From the IMG/VR virus record IMGVR_UViG_3300042294_004068, positions 46,922-110,921 of that record: a stretch of DNA of 64,000 bases; one strand, 5' to 3'. Of this stretch, positions 23,760 to 32,840 are shown piece by piece; within the stretch, counting starts at the first letter, position 1, and each line of letters begins with the position of its first letter. Under the pieces are notes generated by a model, which made no database searches, had not been told where the DNA came from, and was given only the letters and a program-made list of their open reading frames with translations. Source of the stretch: a virus. A program made the position numbers and the translations under genes.

Positions 23760-24335
23760 ATGACATATCCCAACTGGTTTGAAAATGATGGTCAAGAGAA
23801 CTTTAAAAACCATCTACTAGAGTTTTTAAATAAACCTGCTCGAATGTTGCAAATAGGCGCATACACAGGGGATGCTTCTGTGTGGCTTTGGGACAACATA
23901 TTACGTCACAACCCAGACTCGGTGTTGATTGATGTAGACACGTGGGAGGGTTCTGACGAACCTGTTCATAATCAGATGAACTGGGAGTCTGTAGAAAGTT
24001 TTTATGATGTAAAAACTTTAGTAGGGCAGCAGAGCAAAAAAATTATTAAAGTCAAGTCTACAAGTGATTGGTTTTTTAAAAATAATTTAGAGAAGTATGA
24101 CTTTGTGTATGTTGATGGGGATCATACTTCCTATGGTGTAATAAAAGATGCAATAAGCGCTTACGAGTGTTTAAATGTAAATGGAATAATAGCTTTTGAT
24201 GATTATCAATGGTCCGCTGGGCTTGGCTATTTAAATGAGCCAAAGTTGGCAATAGATGCCTTTAATGCAGTTTATTCGGACCGACTCGAACTTTTAGTTG
24301 ACGGATATCAGCGTTGGTATAGGAAGACAAGGTAG
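23760..24335 (+). CDS. Class I SAM-dependent methyltransferase (Methyltransf_24-like)
   Basis: LQIGAYTG.AS, DVDTW.GS, YDFVYVDGDH, GIIAFDDY motifs. Confidence 0.85.
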   Translation: MTYPNWFENDGQENFKNHLLEFLNKPARMLQIGAYTGDASVWLWDNILRHNPDSVLIDVDTWEGSDEPVHNQMNWESVESFYDVKTLVGQQSKKIIKVKSTSDWFFKNNLEKYDFVYVDGDHTSYGVIKDAISAYECLNVNGIIAFDDYQWSAGLGYLNEPKLAIDAFNAVYSDRLELLVDGYQRWYRKTR

Positions 24336-24344
24336 GATGCTCAC

Positions 24345-25421
24345 ATGAAAGTAGCTATATACACAATCGCATTAAATGAACGACAGTTTGTTGATAAATG
24401 GTATGAAGCTTCAAAAGAAGCTGATTACTTGTTAATAGCCGATACAGGCTCCACAGACGGCACCGTTGAGCGTGCAAAAGAGCTTGGAATTAATGTAGTC
24501 GATGTTCGAGTATCCCCTTGGCGTTTTGATGATGCTAGAAACGCAGCAATGGCAGCTTTACCAATCGATATTGATATGTGTATCTCCCTTGATATGGATG
24601 AAGTAATTACTCCTAACTGGCGTCCATTGCTTGAAGCTGCATGGCAACGTGGAGTAACACGTCCTCGCTATAAGCATATTTGGTCTTGGAATGATGATGG
24701 GACTCCAGGTTTGGAGTTTAGCTATGACCACATTCATACTCGTAAAAATTATCGTTGGCGTCACCCAGTGCATGAGTGTTTATATGTATACGGACGCGAG
24801 GAAGTACAAGAGTGGATTGAAGGTTTAGAGACTCACCACCACCCAGACCCAACAAAGTCGCGCTCTCAGTATCTACCGTTGTTAGCTCTTTCTGTTCAAG
24901 AAGATCCATATAACGACCGCAATGCGTTCTACTATGGTCGAGAACTTTATTTTTATGGTCGCTACCAAGAAGCAGCAGTAGAGCTAAAGCGACATCTTGA
25001 ACTCCCAACAGCTCGGTGGGCACCAGAGCGTGCTGCATCAATGCGCTTTATTGGTAAGAGTCTTCCTGCAGAAGCAGAGATTTGGTTTCGTAAAGCTATC
25101 GATCAAGCTCCAGGACGACGTGAACCTTTTGTTGATTTAGCAGAGTTGTACTATCAACGTAAAGATTGGCAGAAGTGTTATGAAGCTGCTAAAGATGCTA
25201 TTGCCATTGCTGAGAAACCTTTAGAGTATTTGTGCGAAGCAAAAGCATGGGGAGCAGCCCCGCACGATTTTGCTGCAATTTCTGCTTACTATTTAGGTAA
25301 GTTTGAAGAAGCAGTGGAGCATGCAAAGAACGCTTTTAGCATCGAGCCAGATAATGAAAGACTTGCAGAAAATCTTAAATTTTGTCTTAGCGCTGTAAAT
25401 CCAGAAGAAAAGAGTGTCTAG
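24345..25421 (+). CDS. Family 2 glycosyltransferase with C-terminal TPR repeats
   Basis: IALNE, DTGSTDGT, WRFDDARN, SLDMDE (DxD), HPVHE, followed by helical TPR-like repeats. Confidence 0.9.
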   Translation: MKVAIYTIALNERQFVDKWYEASKEADYLLIADTGSTDGTVERAKELGINVVDVRVSPWRFDDARNAAMAALPIDIDMCISLDMDEVITPNWRPLLEAAWQRGVTRPRYKHIWSWNDDGTPGLEFSYDHIHTRKNYRWRHPVHECLYVYGREEVQEWIEGLETHHHPDPTKSRSQYLPLLALSVQEDPYNDRNAFYYGRELYFYGRYQEAAVELKRHLELPTARWAPERAASMRFIGKSLPAEAEIWFRKAIDQAPGRREPFVDLAELYYQRKDWQKCYEAAKDAIAIAEKPLEYLCEAKAWGAAPHDFAAISAYYLGKFEEAVEHAKNAFSIEPDNERLAENLKFCLSAVNPEEKSV

Positions 25422-26929
25422 TGAAATTTGTAGTCTGTGGTGGTGGAACAGCTGGATGGCTTACCGCTTTAACCATTCACTCTAGTAATCCAAAGTTTCA
25501 TGAAGTAGTGGTTATAGAATCACAAAAAATAGGAATTATTGGAGCTGGAGAGGCTACAAGCGGTTTTCTCTACGATGTATTAGATGGCTCTACTTTATTT
25601 GGAAATAATCAAACAATGAACCCAAACAAAGTGGCTTTTGATTTTGCAGAGTTTGCTAAAAAAGTCGATGCTGTACCTAAGTACGCACTTAAACACATCA
25701 ACTGGGCTAAAGACAAAGGCTCTTATTGGGCACCAATTAACGGCTCAGAAACTTCTAAGCGCTCTCCTGACCATCTATTTAATTATGTTGTAACAGAGTT
25801 TGGTCCTGAAAAAGCTTATCTATCTTCTGTATTAGGGCAGTCTTATGATCTAAATAAACTTCCGCCAGCGGGTGGAGGTTATGGGTTTCAGTTTGATGCC
25901 CATAAAGTAGCTAAATTTTTACGAGAGTATATAACTACAACCACAAAAACTACTCATATAGATTCAATTATCAAGGATGTTACTGTTACTAGCGATGGTC
26001 TAGTTGAAAGCGTAATTATCGAAGATGGTCAAGTCATTGAAGGAGATTTTTTCATTGACGCTACTGGATTTGTTAGATTGTTGGCAAACAAGGTCGGGAT
26101 TGGGTGGACAGACTACAAAAACCAACTTCTTGTAGATAGAGCTATGCCTTTTATAGTTCCATACAAAGAAGAAGAAAAAGTACAACCTGTAACAGTTGCA
26201 GAAGCTCTTTCTTCTGGTTGGATGTGGCGAACTCCTACAGGAGGCCGCCGAGGTTGTGGGTATGTCTACAGCAGTGCGTTTATTTCTGAGGATGAAGCTC
26301 AAAAAGAAGCTGAAAAAATTATGGGGCACCCTATTGAGCCAATTAAGCATATTAAATATGAATCAGGCCGAGTGGACCAATTTTGGAAAGGCAATGTTTT
26401 GGTAGTTGGCCTTGCAAGCTCTTTTATTGAACCTTTAGAGGCAACCAGTATTCATGCAACTATTATGCAAATTTTTAGTTTCTGTCAAGAGTATCTTTCA
26501 GATACAAAAGAAAAAACTTTAAACCCTGCTTCAATACAAAAATACAACGCTAAAACTGAAAAAATGTATGAGTATTATAAAGACTTCACGGTGTTCCACT
26601 ATCAAGGTGGAAGAGAAGATTCCGAGTTTTGGAAAACTATTAAGTTCGACAAGATTACCTCTCCTGCTGTAGAAAACTACATCGAGAGGTCAAAGAGTAG
26701 AATTCCTAGTGCTTTACATTTTATGGATTTTTGGGGTGTAGATTCTCTATGGAAGTGGACCTTAGCTGGTCTTGGGTATGTTTCAAGAGAACAAGCAATG
26801 AGTGAGTTGAAACAATTTGATCAATTTGAATTTGCTCAAGCTCAATACAGAGCATTTAGAGAAGACATGAGAAAAATTCATGAAAATAGTAGACCTTTTG
26901 AGATGAATCCCAAAGACTTTATTATTTAA
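25421..26929 (+). CDS. Flavin-dependent halogenase (tryptophan halogenase family)
   Basis: GGGTAGW FAD motif, IGAGEAT, conserved Lys in AVPKYAL, FQFDA, FFIDATGF, GWMWRTP (WxWxIP-like), FIEPLEATSI; GTG overlaps upstream TAG. Confidence 0.88.
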   Translation: MKFVVCGGGTAGWLTALTIHSSNPKFHEVVVIESQKIGIIGAGEATSGFLYDVLDGSTLFGNNQTMNPNKVAFDFAEFAKKVDAVPKYALKHINWAKDKGSYWAPINGSETSKRSPDHLFNYVVTEFGPEKAYLSSVLGQSYDLNKLPPAGGGYGFQFDAHKVAKFLREYITTTTKTTHIDSIIKDVTVTSDGLVESVIIEDGQVIEGDFFIDATGFVRLLANKVGIGWTDYKNQLLVDRAMPFIVPYKEEEKVQPVTVAEALSSGWMWRTPTGGRRGCGYVYSSAFISEDEAQKEAEKIMGHPIEPIKHIKYESGRVDQFWKGNVLVVGLASSFIEPLEATSIHATIMQIFSFCQEYLSDTKEKTLNPASIQKYNAKTEKMYEYYKDFTVFHYQGGREDSEFWKTIKFDKITSPAVENYIERSKSRIPSALHFMDFWGVDSLWKWTLAGLGYVSREQAMSELKQFDQFEFAQAQYRAFREDMRKIHENSRPFEMNPKDFII

Positions 26930-27470
26930 GTTGTTGCTTCTTAAGTTTTTTAGCTAAACGTTTCTTTTCTAGCTTTAAAGCTTTTTTCTCTCGAATGCGT
27001 GCTCTTTTTTCAGATTTATCAATACGCTCTTGTTTATAAGCTTCAATAGCATTTACGCTAGTTCGACTGCGCCAAGAAAAGCCACACACCGTACATGTGA
27101 CTATCTTGGCGACAGTCCACCTACCACCACCAGGAATTTCCTGAGAACTTGTTTCCAGCTTTGAAGGACGTGCTGAGCAATAAGGACAGTGCGGGTATCT
27201 ACGGCGTTTTATCTCTTCACCCTTATAAGAAACAGAAAGTGCTCGACGTATTTCACTTTCGTCTTTGCCGCCCCATGTGCCCCAAATTTGTCGGTGCTCT
27301 AAAGCCCACTGCAGACATTGCGCTCTTACGGGACATTCATAGCAAAGATTTTTTGCATCATATTTTTGCTTTGGGTCTTTGGAGAAAAACCAGTCTCTAT
27401 AATGATTATTTCCTGGCTGAGCACAAAGGGCTTCAGACTGCCATTCTATGTTATTAGCTGGTTTCCACAC
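26922..27470 (-). CDS. whiB: WhiB-family regulator fused to a CxxC/CxxC zinc-ribbon and basic tail
   Basis: W...ALC...FF...AK.LC..CPV...CL.WAL....WGTWGG; then CPYC and CTVC; Lys-rich C-terminus. Confidence 0.88.
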   Translation of the reverse strand: MWKPANNIEWQSEALCAQPGNNHYRDWFFSKDPKQKYDAKNLCYECPVRAQCLQWALEHRQIWGTWGGKDESEIRRALSVSYKGEEIKRRRYPHCPYCSARPSKLETSSQEIPGGGRWTVAKIVTCTVCGFSWRSRTSVNAIEAYKQERIDKSEKRARIREKKALKLEKKRLAKKLKKQQLK

Positions 27471-27531
27471 ACATTAGACTATATACTATAAAACCATAAA
27501 ATAAGTAAGCAACACACTATAAACTATAAAA

Positions 27532-27870
27532 CTATAATTCAACCCAAGTGAACTCAAAAACTTCTTCTACGTACTCACCGTATTCGGTTTCACCATTTGC
27601 ATCACAGAAGGTGTAATTATTTTCTCCTTCTATAATACCTGCCCAACCAATTTCTACATGTGAATCCACAATTGAATTAAACCCATCTGACAGAGAATCG
27701 ACTATGCCGTCTCTTTGTAGTGTTGATGCTAGACCCCTGCGAACTAATTCATTTTCAAGATCAACATGCTCTTTAGTATAATAAATGCTATCAGTGTAAA
27801 GTTTTTGTTCAATGTAGCCTTCACCGTCCCAGTGAATCCAAAGAGACTCGCCAATTCTTTTATCCTTCAT
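27532..27870 (-). CDS. Hypothetical acidic protein
   Basis: Tightly packed ORF with GGGAG RBS; no motif recognised. Confidence 0.65.
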   Translation of the reverse strand: MKDKRIGESLWIHWDGEGYIEQKLYTDSIYYTKEHVDLENELVRRGLASTLQRDGIVDSLSDGFNSIVDSHVEIGWAGIIEGENNYTFCDANGETEYGEYVEEVFEFTWVEL

Positions 27871-27872
27871 GA

Positions 27873-28193
27873 CTACTCCCTATCTTCCCCATAATAGCCA
27901 CCAAGCTCGTCTTCTTGGTATTCATCTTCCTCATATGCTCGAGATTCTTCAGACTCGGCAGAGAAGACAATCTTGTGTTCTTTTACATCAAAGATCCCAG
28001 CAATTGTGATTTTCCCACAGACGGAGCAGCTTTCAACTGTCCCTGTATTTATCTTTTGAGGTACATCCACACCTGACAAAGCCATTTTAATGTTGCCGTA
28101 GTCGTCCATACTGTGTGGCTCCCAGCGGGCGTGCTCTTTTAGCCAGCACTGCTCGCAGACTGGTGTAGGAGTGACTATAGGTCCACCGCTCAT
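27873..28193 (-). CDS. Hypothetical protein with two CxxC motifs
   Basis: CEQC and CSVC; acidic C-tail. Confidence 0.65.
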   Translation of the reverse strand: MSGGPIVTPTPVCEQCWLKEHARWEPHSMDDYGNIKMALSGVDVPQKINTGTVESCSVCGKITIAGIFDVKEHKIVFSAESEESRAYEEDEYQEDELGGYYGEDRE

Positions 28194-28202
28194 ACAATAA
28201 TT

Positions 28203-28481
28203 TTACGCTGTTTTCTTATAAGGGAATGGCTTACGTTTACTCTTTATATGCTTTCTATCAACAGGGCTTAAACCGCCCCACATACCAAATTCTTCATTTT
28301 CTAGCCCCCATAAAGCACATTCAACAAGATGTGCACAACTCTTGCATATCTTTCTTGCACCTTCGTAATTTATTTCTGGTGTTCCAGGCAGATTTGGTTC
28401 ATCTCTATCTTCAGAAAAAAAGAAGTTTCCTCCTACCTGAGCACAAAGTGGGTCTTCATACTGCCAAGGAGGACGAATCAT
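28203..28481 (-). CDS. whiB: WhiB-family regulator
   Basis: PLCAQV...FF...ARKICKSC.HLVEC..WGL..EEFGMWGG. Confidence 0.9.
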   Translation of the reverse strand: MIRPPWQYEDPLCAQVGGNFFFSEDRDEPNLPGTPEINYEGARKICKSCAHLVECALWGLENEEFGMWGGLSPVDRKHIKSKRKPFPYKKTA

Positions 28482-28488
28482 TTAAAAC

Positions 28489-28797
28489 TTATCCCTTCTT
28501 CTTCTTGTCTTCTCGAAGTCCTACTTCATAACCACATCCAGCATAACCAGCAATATCAATCCATGTGTCTGGTTGGAACTCACCTTTATTTGCATAGCGA
28601 GCCATTTTCAAACCAACCATCATCATTGCTACATCTTCGTTTGAAATAGGGATTCCTAGAATTACAGACCAAATTTTTGCTGTTCGGTCAAAATTATCTT
28701 CAGGGTCCCCATAATTAGTGTTTCTATCAGTAGAGATAATACGAGCTGCTTCTCTAAGAGCTTCTATGCGTGGGGGAGTTACTTCATTTTCCGACAT
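28489..28797 (-). CDS. DUF6378-like phage protein
   Basis: R...YGDPEDNF.R.A..WS...DVAMMM..LK.AR...DTWIDIAGYA. Confidence 0.75.
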   Translation of the reverse strand: MSENEVTPPRIEALREAARIISTDRNTNYGDPEDNFDRTAKIWSVILGIPISNEDVAMMMVGLKMARYANKGEFQPDTWIDIAGYAGCGYEVGLREDKKKKG

Positions 28798-29035
28798 CTT
28801 TTACCTTCGCAATCACTTGTGCAGAGTATTCGTATACAGACGTAATGTCTTCTTTTTGTGTGACTATTAGTTCGTAATTGACTTGTTGAAAATTTTCTGG
28901 GGTGTCTTCTTCGTCAAAAAAATCATCTCCCTCGTCATTAGTCCCTAAAAATTTTGCAATAGCTATGTCAGCTTTTTCACGAAGCTCTTCATAACTATCA
29001 CCTTGAACTGTTAGATTCAAGGTAATACTTTTCAT
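28784..29035 (-). CDS. Hypothetical protein
   Basis: ATGA-coupled to upstream gene and overlaps downstream gene. Confidence 0.6.
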   Translation of the reverse strand: MKSITLNLTVQGDSYEELREKADIAIAKFLGTNDEGDDFFDEEDTPENFQQVNYELIVTQKEDITSVYEYSAQVIAKVKDVGK

Positions 29036-29454
29036 GTCAAGACCAGCTTCTCTAATTTAGCTGGTGGGTAGTGAGCCCCGTCAAGAATAGGTTCTTTACC
29101 ATCATTACTTTTAATAATGACGTCTCCGTACCTAACACCCACAACAACGCCTCGACGTCCGTTGTGAATCGGCCCAAGTTCTCCATCAAAAGCATCAGCT
29201 TTGACTCGTACTTGTTCGGCTACTTTAATGAAACCTGCTTGTACTGGAATCCAAGTTTCATTTTTATTTTCTTTAACAACAATGTGACCTTTTGCTAGTG
29301 AAGCAAACATATCAATTGCTTTATTTTTAAATTCAGGAGTAAGGTCTAAAGACTCAATCAGTTCAATTAATTTCATTGTGGCATCGCCAACTGGCTTTCT
29401 TACCTTAGCTGCCTGTAATTGGGACTTAACCCAATCCATGTCTAAGTTTGACAT
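29032..29454 (-). CDS. Hypothetical protein (possible C-terminal SH3-like barrel)
   Basis: AAAGGAGG RBS; VRVK.DA...GRRGVVVGVRYGDVII. Confidence 0.65.
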   Translation of the reverse strand: MSNLDMDWVKSQLQAAKVRKPVGDATMKLIELIESLDLTPEFKNKAIDMFASLAKGHIVVKENKNETWIPVQAGFIKVAEQVRVKADAFDGELGPIHNGRRGVVVGVRYGDVIIKSNDGKEPILDGAHYPPAKLEKLVLT

Positions 29455-29471
29455 TTGACCTCCTTTCTTAA

Positions 29472-29500
29472 AGTGTATTAGTTTTTAGTTGTTTAGTAAA
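29472..29500 (-). promoter_or_regulatory. Sigma70/SigA-type promoter
   Basis: TTTACT (29500-29495), 17 bp spacer, TACACT (29477-29472), upstream of the RBS of the 29454 gene. Confidence 0.6.
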
Positions 29501-29503
29501 GGT

Positions 29504-30532
29504 TTAAGCTAACTGTTTTAGTGTTTTAGTTAATTTTTCGTTTATATCATCTTGGCTAGGAAGTTGATCAAGATATGATTGTTTTTGACTAAACGCTAGT
29601 TCTGTCCGTTCCACCGTGTCCATAAGCTCTACGCTTGTTGCAAGATGTCTCCACTCTTCTCCCATATACCCCGTGATTTTCCAATCGTGAACTACAGGAA
29701 CCCCCTGAGATAGAGATTGAGCAAGTGCAGGAGACCACCAAGATTCATTATTTCTATAGGTAGGTACAATCGTTCCGACTGCTCCACGGATATGAGTGAG
29801 AGTCTCTGATTCAACTTCCCAAACGTCTTGTTTGATTGGGACAACCTTTTTTGTCAGCATTTGAGCGTAGCTTTTTCCAGAAGAATTAAAAGAATCGCAC
29901 ACCCAATACTCGTCACTGAGGTAGTAGTTTTTTGTTTTTTCTGGCTGAAGAAGGATGTACGAATCCACACTTACGCCTACTAGGCTTTCTGCAGAAAGAT
30001 TAGGAAGATATTTAGTTAGTAGGTCTGCAGTTGACCATGGGTAGGATGGGTAAAAAGTTGTGGGCCACGGTTCATTACTCAGATATTCAACAAAACTTTT
30101 AATCTCGGCTTTAAGCTCTGGATTGTCTACAACATCAGAATAACTTTTTCTTCTGTCATAAAAACTTTTAAAAGTTGACGCCTCGGTGGTCCAAGCATTT
30201 AGAGACGGAGGAATTTTAAAACTCTCTGGGGCATCAATTAAAAGAGATAGGTTTCCTATTTCTTTACACTTATTTGCTGTTATAAAAGCAGGATAAATTT
30301 TGTTAGCAGAGATGCTGGTTGTTGGGGCAATACCAACTATTACCAAATCAAACTTTTCTAGATAAGACTTTTCCCAGTTAATTTGAGGGGAGGCAAAAGT
30401 AACGTCAACGCCAGCATTTTTAAAATTTTGACCTAATAAGTTACTAAAAGTAGGAGTTCTCTCTGCATGCTTTTTAGACGCTTGCTGTGCAGTACATCCA
30501 GTAATTAAAACTTTCATAATGTCCTTTTTCAT
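29504..30532 (-). CDS. Putative GT-B fold glycosyltransferase-like protein
   Basis: MKVLITG...AGVDV...FDLVIVG...LLID N-terminal Rossmann pattern; C-terminal WWSPALAQSLSQGVPVVHD. True start may be the second Met (MKVLITG, preceded by AAGGA). Confidence 0.45.
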   Translation of the reverse strand: MKKDIMKVLITGCTAQQASKKHAERTPTFSNLLGQNFKNAGVDVTFASPQINWEKSYLEKFDLVIVGIAPTTSISANKIYPAFITANKCKEIGNLSLLIDAPESFKIPPSLNAWTTEASTFKSFYDRRKSYSDVVDNPELKAEIKSFVEYLSNEPWPTTFYPSYPWSTADLLTKYLPNLSAESLVGVSVDSYILLQPEKTKNYYLSDEYWVCDSFNSSGKSYAQMLTKKVVPIKQDVWEVESETLTHIRGAVGTIVPTYRNNESWWSPALAQSLSQGVPVVHDWKITGYMGEEWRHLATSVELMDTVERTELAFSQKQSYLDQLPSQDDINEKLTKTLKQLA

Positions 30533-30540
30533 TTATGTGA

Positions 30541-30573
30541 AGAGCCACCCAACGCTAAACGTTGGGCGGCTCT
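30541..30573 (-). terminator. Stable hairpin downstream of SSB gene (terminator/processing site)
   Basis: AGAGCCGCCCAACG-TTTAG-CGTTGGGTGGCTCT, 14 bp stem with one G.U on the - strand; no long U tract. Confidence 0.6.
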
Positions 30574-30588
30574 AACACAGATGTCACC

Positions 30589-31122
30589 TTAAAACGGTGC
30601 TGCTGGTGCCGCCGCAGGTGCAGCAGCTGGTGCTGGTGCTGGTGCAGGGGCTGGTGCAGGGGCTGGTGCCGCTGCAGCTGGTGCTGGTGGTACTGCAGCT
30701 CCTGCAGTTGCTCCACCCGCCGCTGGGTAGTAGTTCTTAATTTCGTTCTTCTTGTTACCCTGATAAGTCTTCTGACCAACCTGAGCACGGAAGCGTCGAC
30801 CCTGAAGTGCTGCTTCAATTTGTGCATTTGATGGTGCACGGTCGAAAAAGTCTTTTGTAAGACCTAGTGCGCCCATCTTACGGAAAAAGATTCCGAGAGC
30901 TGTTGGGTTTTCAGGCGAAATTGTTAGGTTGTCCCAAACAAGACGCTTTGCGAAAGCACCAGATTCAACCTGTGCCTTGAGTGAAAACATTGTCTTACCA
31001 GACTGCGTTACCTTTGCAACAGCTTCTACAACATTCAAGTCGTAGTCGCCATCTGGTAGTGGCTCATAAGATGCAGATTCACCTGCATTTTTAATGAGGT
31101 CTGCCCAATTGAGAGTACTCAT
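30589..31122 (-). CDS. Single-stranded DNA-binding protein (DUF669-like)
   Basis: YEPLPDGDY, SGK.M, VWDNL, NEIK; Ala/Pro-rich tail ending in PF; follows AAA ATPase. Confidence 0.75.
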   Translation of the reverse strand: MSTLNWADLIKNAGESASYEPLPDGDYDLNVVEAVAKVTQSGKTMFSLKAQVESGAFAKRLVWDNLTISPENPTALGIFFRKMGALGLTKDFFDRAPSNAQIEAALQGRRFRAQVGQKTYQGNKKNEIKNYYPAAGGATAGAAVPPAPAAAAPAPAPAPAPAPAPAAAPAAAPAAPF

Positions 31123-31907
31123 GCGTTTGCTTCTTTCTTAGTAGTGGTGGTTTGTTGTGCTTGTGGTACTTGTTTTGGTCCGAAGATAGTGTCGAGCATG
31201 ACATCAATAGATAGCTTGTCTTGTTCGACAATCGAGCCCAATCGGCCTTGAACTCGTTCTCCTGCTTCATACTCATTTGTGCGTTCGACGTACATACGAC
31301 GAACCTTGTAAGGAGGTGAAAGCGGGTCAGGGTTGGGGAAAGACTCGATAGTCAAAGCACCAAGAATGTCGTAGAAATATGGCGCTTGAATAGCAAGCTG
31401 ACCTTGTAGGTAAGGTCTGTGCTTTCCATCCTGAGTAACACGAGACATTGCTGTAAGAACAACAGCCTCGAGTGGGTTAGTTGGGTGCATCGTTAGGTCG
31501 CGGAGGTCGCGGAGAAGGCCACCCATGTGGCGAAGTAGTTCGCCCCACTGTTGCATCTTCATCTGCTCGTTTCCAGCGATGCTGTCCATGCACTTAACTT
31601 GTAACTCTGATATAGAGTCAATAATCAATGATTTAAATTGGTGCTTACCAAGTTGCAACCATTGATATGTTTTAATCACCGTGTCGTAATCACGTACTGT
31701 GACTACGCAGGTATCCCAAGTTCCATCTGCTACAGGTGGTTCCTCTCGCAGTGGGTCCCAGTACTTAACGACGATAGGCAAGAATCTATGACCGCCTTCA
31801 ACGTCAAGCATGAGTCGTGGGTATGGTGCGGTTACGGCGAAAGTTGATTTACCAACTTTTGATTCTCCGTAAACCATTACGGTCAGGGACCGTTGGATTT
31901 CACTCAT
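31119..31907 (-). CDS. AAA_24 / Sak4-like ATPase (ssDNA annealing/recombination)
   Basis: Walker A YGESKVGKST, LDVEGG, Walker B LIIDSISE. Confidence 0.8.
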   Translation of the reverse strand: MSEIQRSLTVMVYGESKVGKSTFAVTAPYPRLMLDVEGGHRFLPIVVKYWDPLREEPPVADGTWDTCVVTVRDYDTVIKTYQWLQLGKHQFKSLIIDSISELQVKCMDSIAGNEQMKMQQWGELLRHMGGLLRDLRDLTMHPTNPLEAVVLTAMSRVTQDGKHRPYLQGQLAIQAPYFYDILGALTIESFPNPDPLSPPYKVRRMYVERTNEYEAGERVQGRLGSIVEQDKLSIDVMLDTIFGPKQVPQAQQTTTTKKEANA

Positions 31908-31910
31908 GCG

Positions 31911-32840
31911 TCACTCGTTTCCTTTAGTTTCTTCTTGACCATAGTAAGCATATGGATCTGCTACTACGAAGTTATCACTGATTGCTTGTTCTGCGGCACT
32001 GCCATCATCAACAAGTGTGCAAACAGTGAAGAATGGGCACTTCCATTTGCAGTCACGCGAAGGGCGTGGATACGCATGGAAAGCTGGGTTCTCACCTTCA
32101 TCCAATGCTGTTCTAACACGCATCATGTCGGCAATAGTGCCGTGCAGACGGTCCCAGAAGGAGCGTAGGGTGAAGATGTTGTGCCGTACTTCGATTTGGT
32201 CGTAGAACGGCGGACGTGCCGCTGCAGAACGTCGTACCTTCTTCAACATTGTGAAGATGCCTCCGTCTGAGCGTTCTGACTCATCCTTCTTGGTGGATTC
32301 CAAGAGCATGTATGTCAAAATCTGTTCATTCATTGGTGCAAGGTTTGCAAATTCGCTCAATGAACCGCCAACTGTTTTAAAGTCACGGAACATACGAACA
32401 CCATCACCCTTGCGACGCACACGCATATCAAGCTTTCCAGTGAGTTCAACTTCTCCATTGAAAAGCGGTGCGGTAATAACTTCTTCTGTAGAAATCATTT
32501 CAAGTTCGGCATCAATGCCATTTTCTTCTACCCATTGCAAGTAGCCTTCAAGCATGATGTGTCCAAGTTCTCCCTCTTTTTCCAACTCGGAGACGTCTTT
32601 GAACTCTGCAAGAAGTACTTGCTTTTCTGCGTTTAAAAGTTTTGAGTGTGATTCTAGAAGCGGTGTTCCGTTTGCGTAGTAGTCATCTAGCGCAGCGTGA
32701 ATTCTTGTACCAAGTACGAGTGCACCAGTAGAGTCTCTATACTTTGGTTGCAATCTTCTATAGTAAGTAAGCCACCACTTGCGACGGCAATCTTTAAATG
32801 TTTGAATCTCGCTGTTGGAGATTCTGACTACTTCGCTCAT
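31911..32840 (-). CDS. PD-(D/E)xK Cas4/RecB-like exonuclease with Fe-S cysteines
   Basis: FKDCRRKW, GT.IH, GKLD, DFKT, C-terminal DCKWKCPF..VC. Confidence 0.85.
   Translation of the reverse strand: MSEVVRISNSEIQTFKDCRRKWWLTYYRRLQPKYRDSTGALVLGTRIHAALDDYYANGTPLLESHSKLLNAEKQVLLAEFKDVSELEKEGELGHIMLEGYLQWVEENGIDAELEMISTEEVITAPLFNGEVELTGKLDMRVRRKGDGVRMFRDFKTVGGSLSEFANLAPMNEQILTYMLLESTKKDESERSDGGIFTMLKKVRRSAAARPPFYDQIEVRHNIFTLRSFWDRLHGTIADMMRVRTALDEGENPAFHAYPRPSRDCKWKCPFFTVCTLVDDGSAAEQAISDNFVVADPYAYYGQEETKGNE

Noticed and set aside
31911-32840. Cas4-like gene as evidence for CRISPR-Cas
   Set aside because: Stand-alone exonuclease within an exonuclease-Sak4-SSB recombination cluster, which is ordinary for phages.
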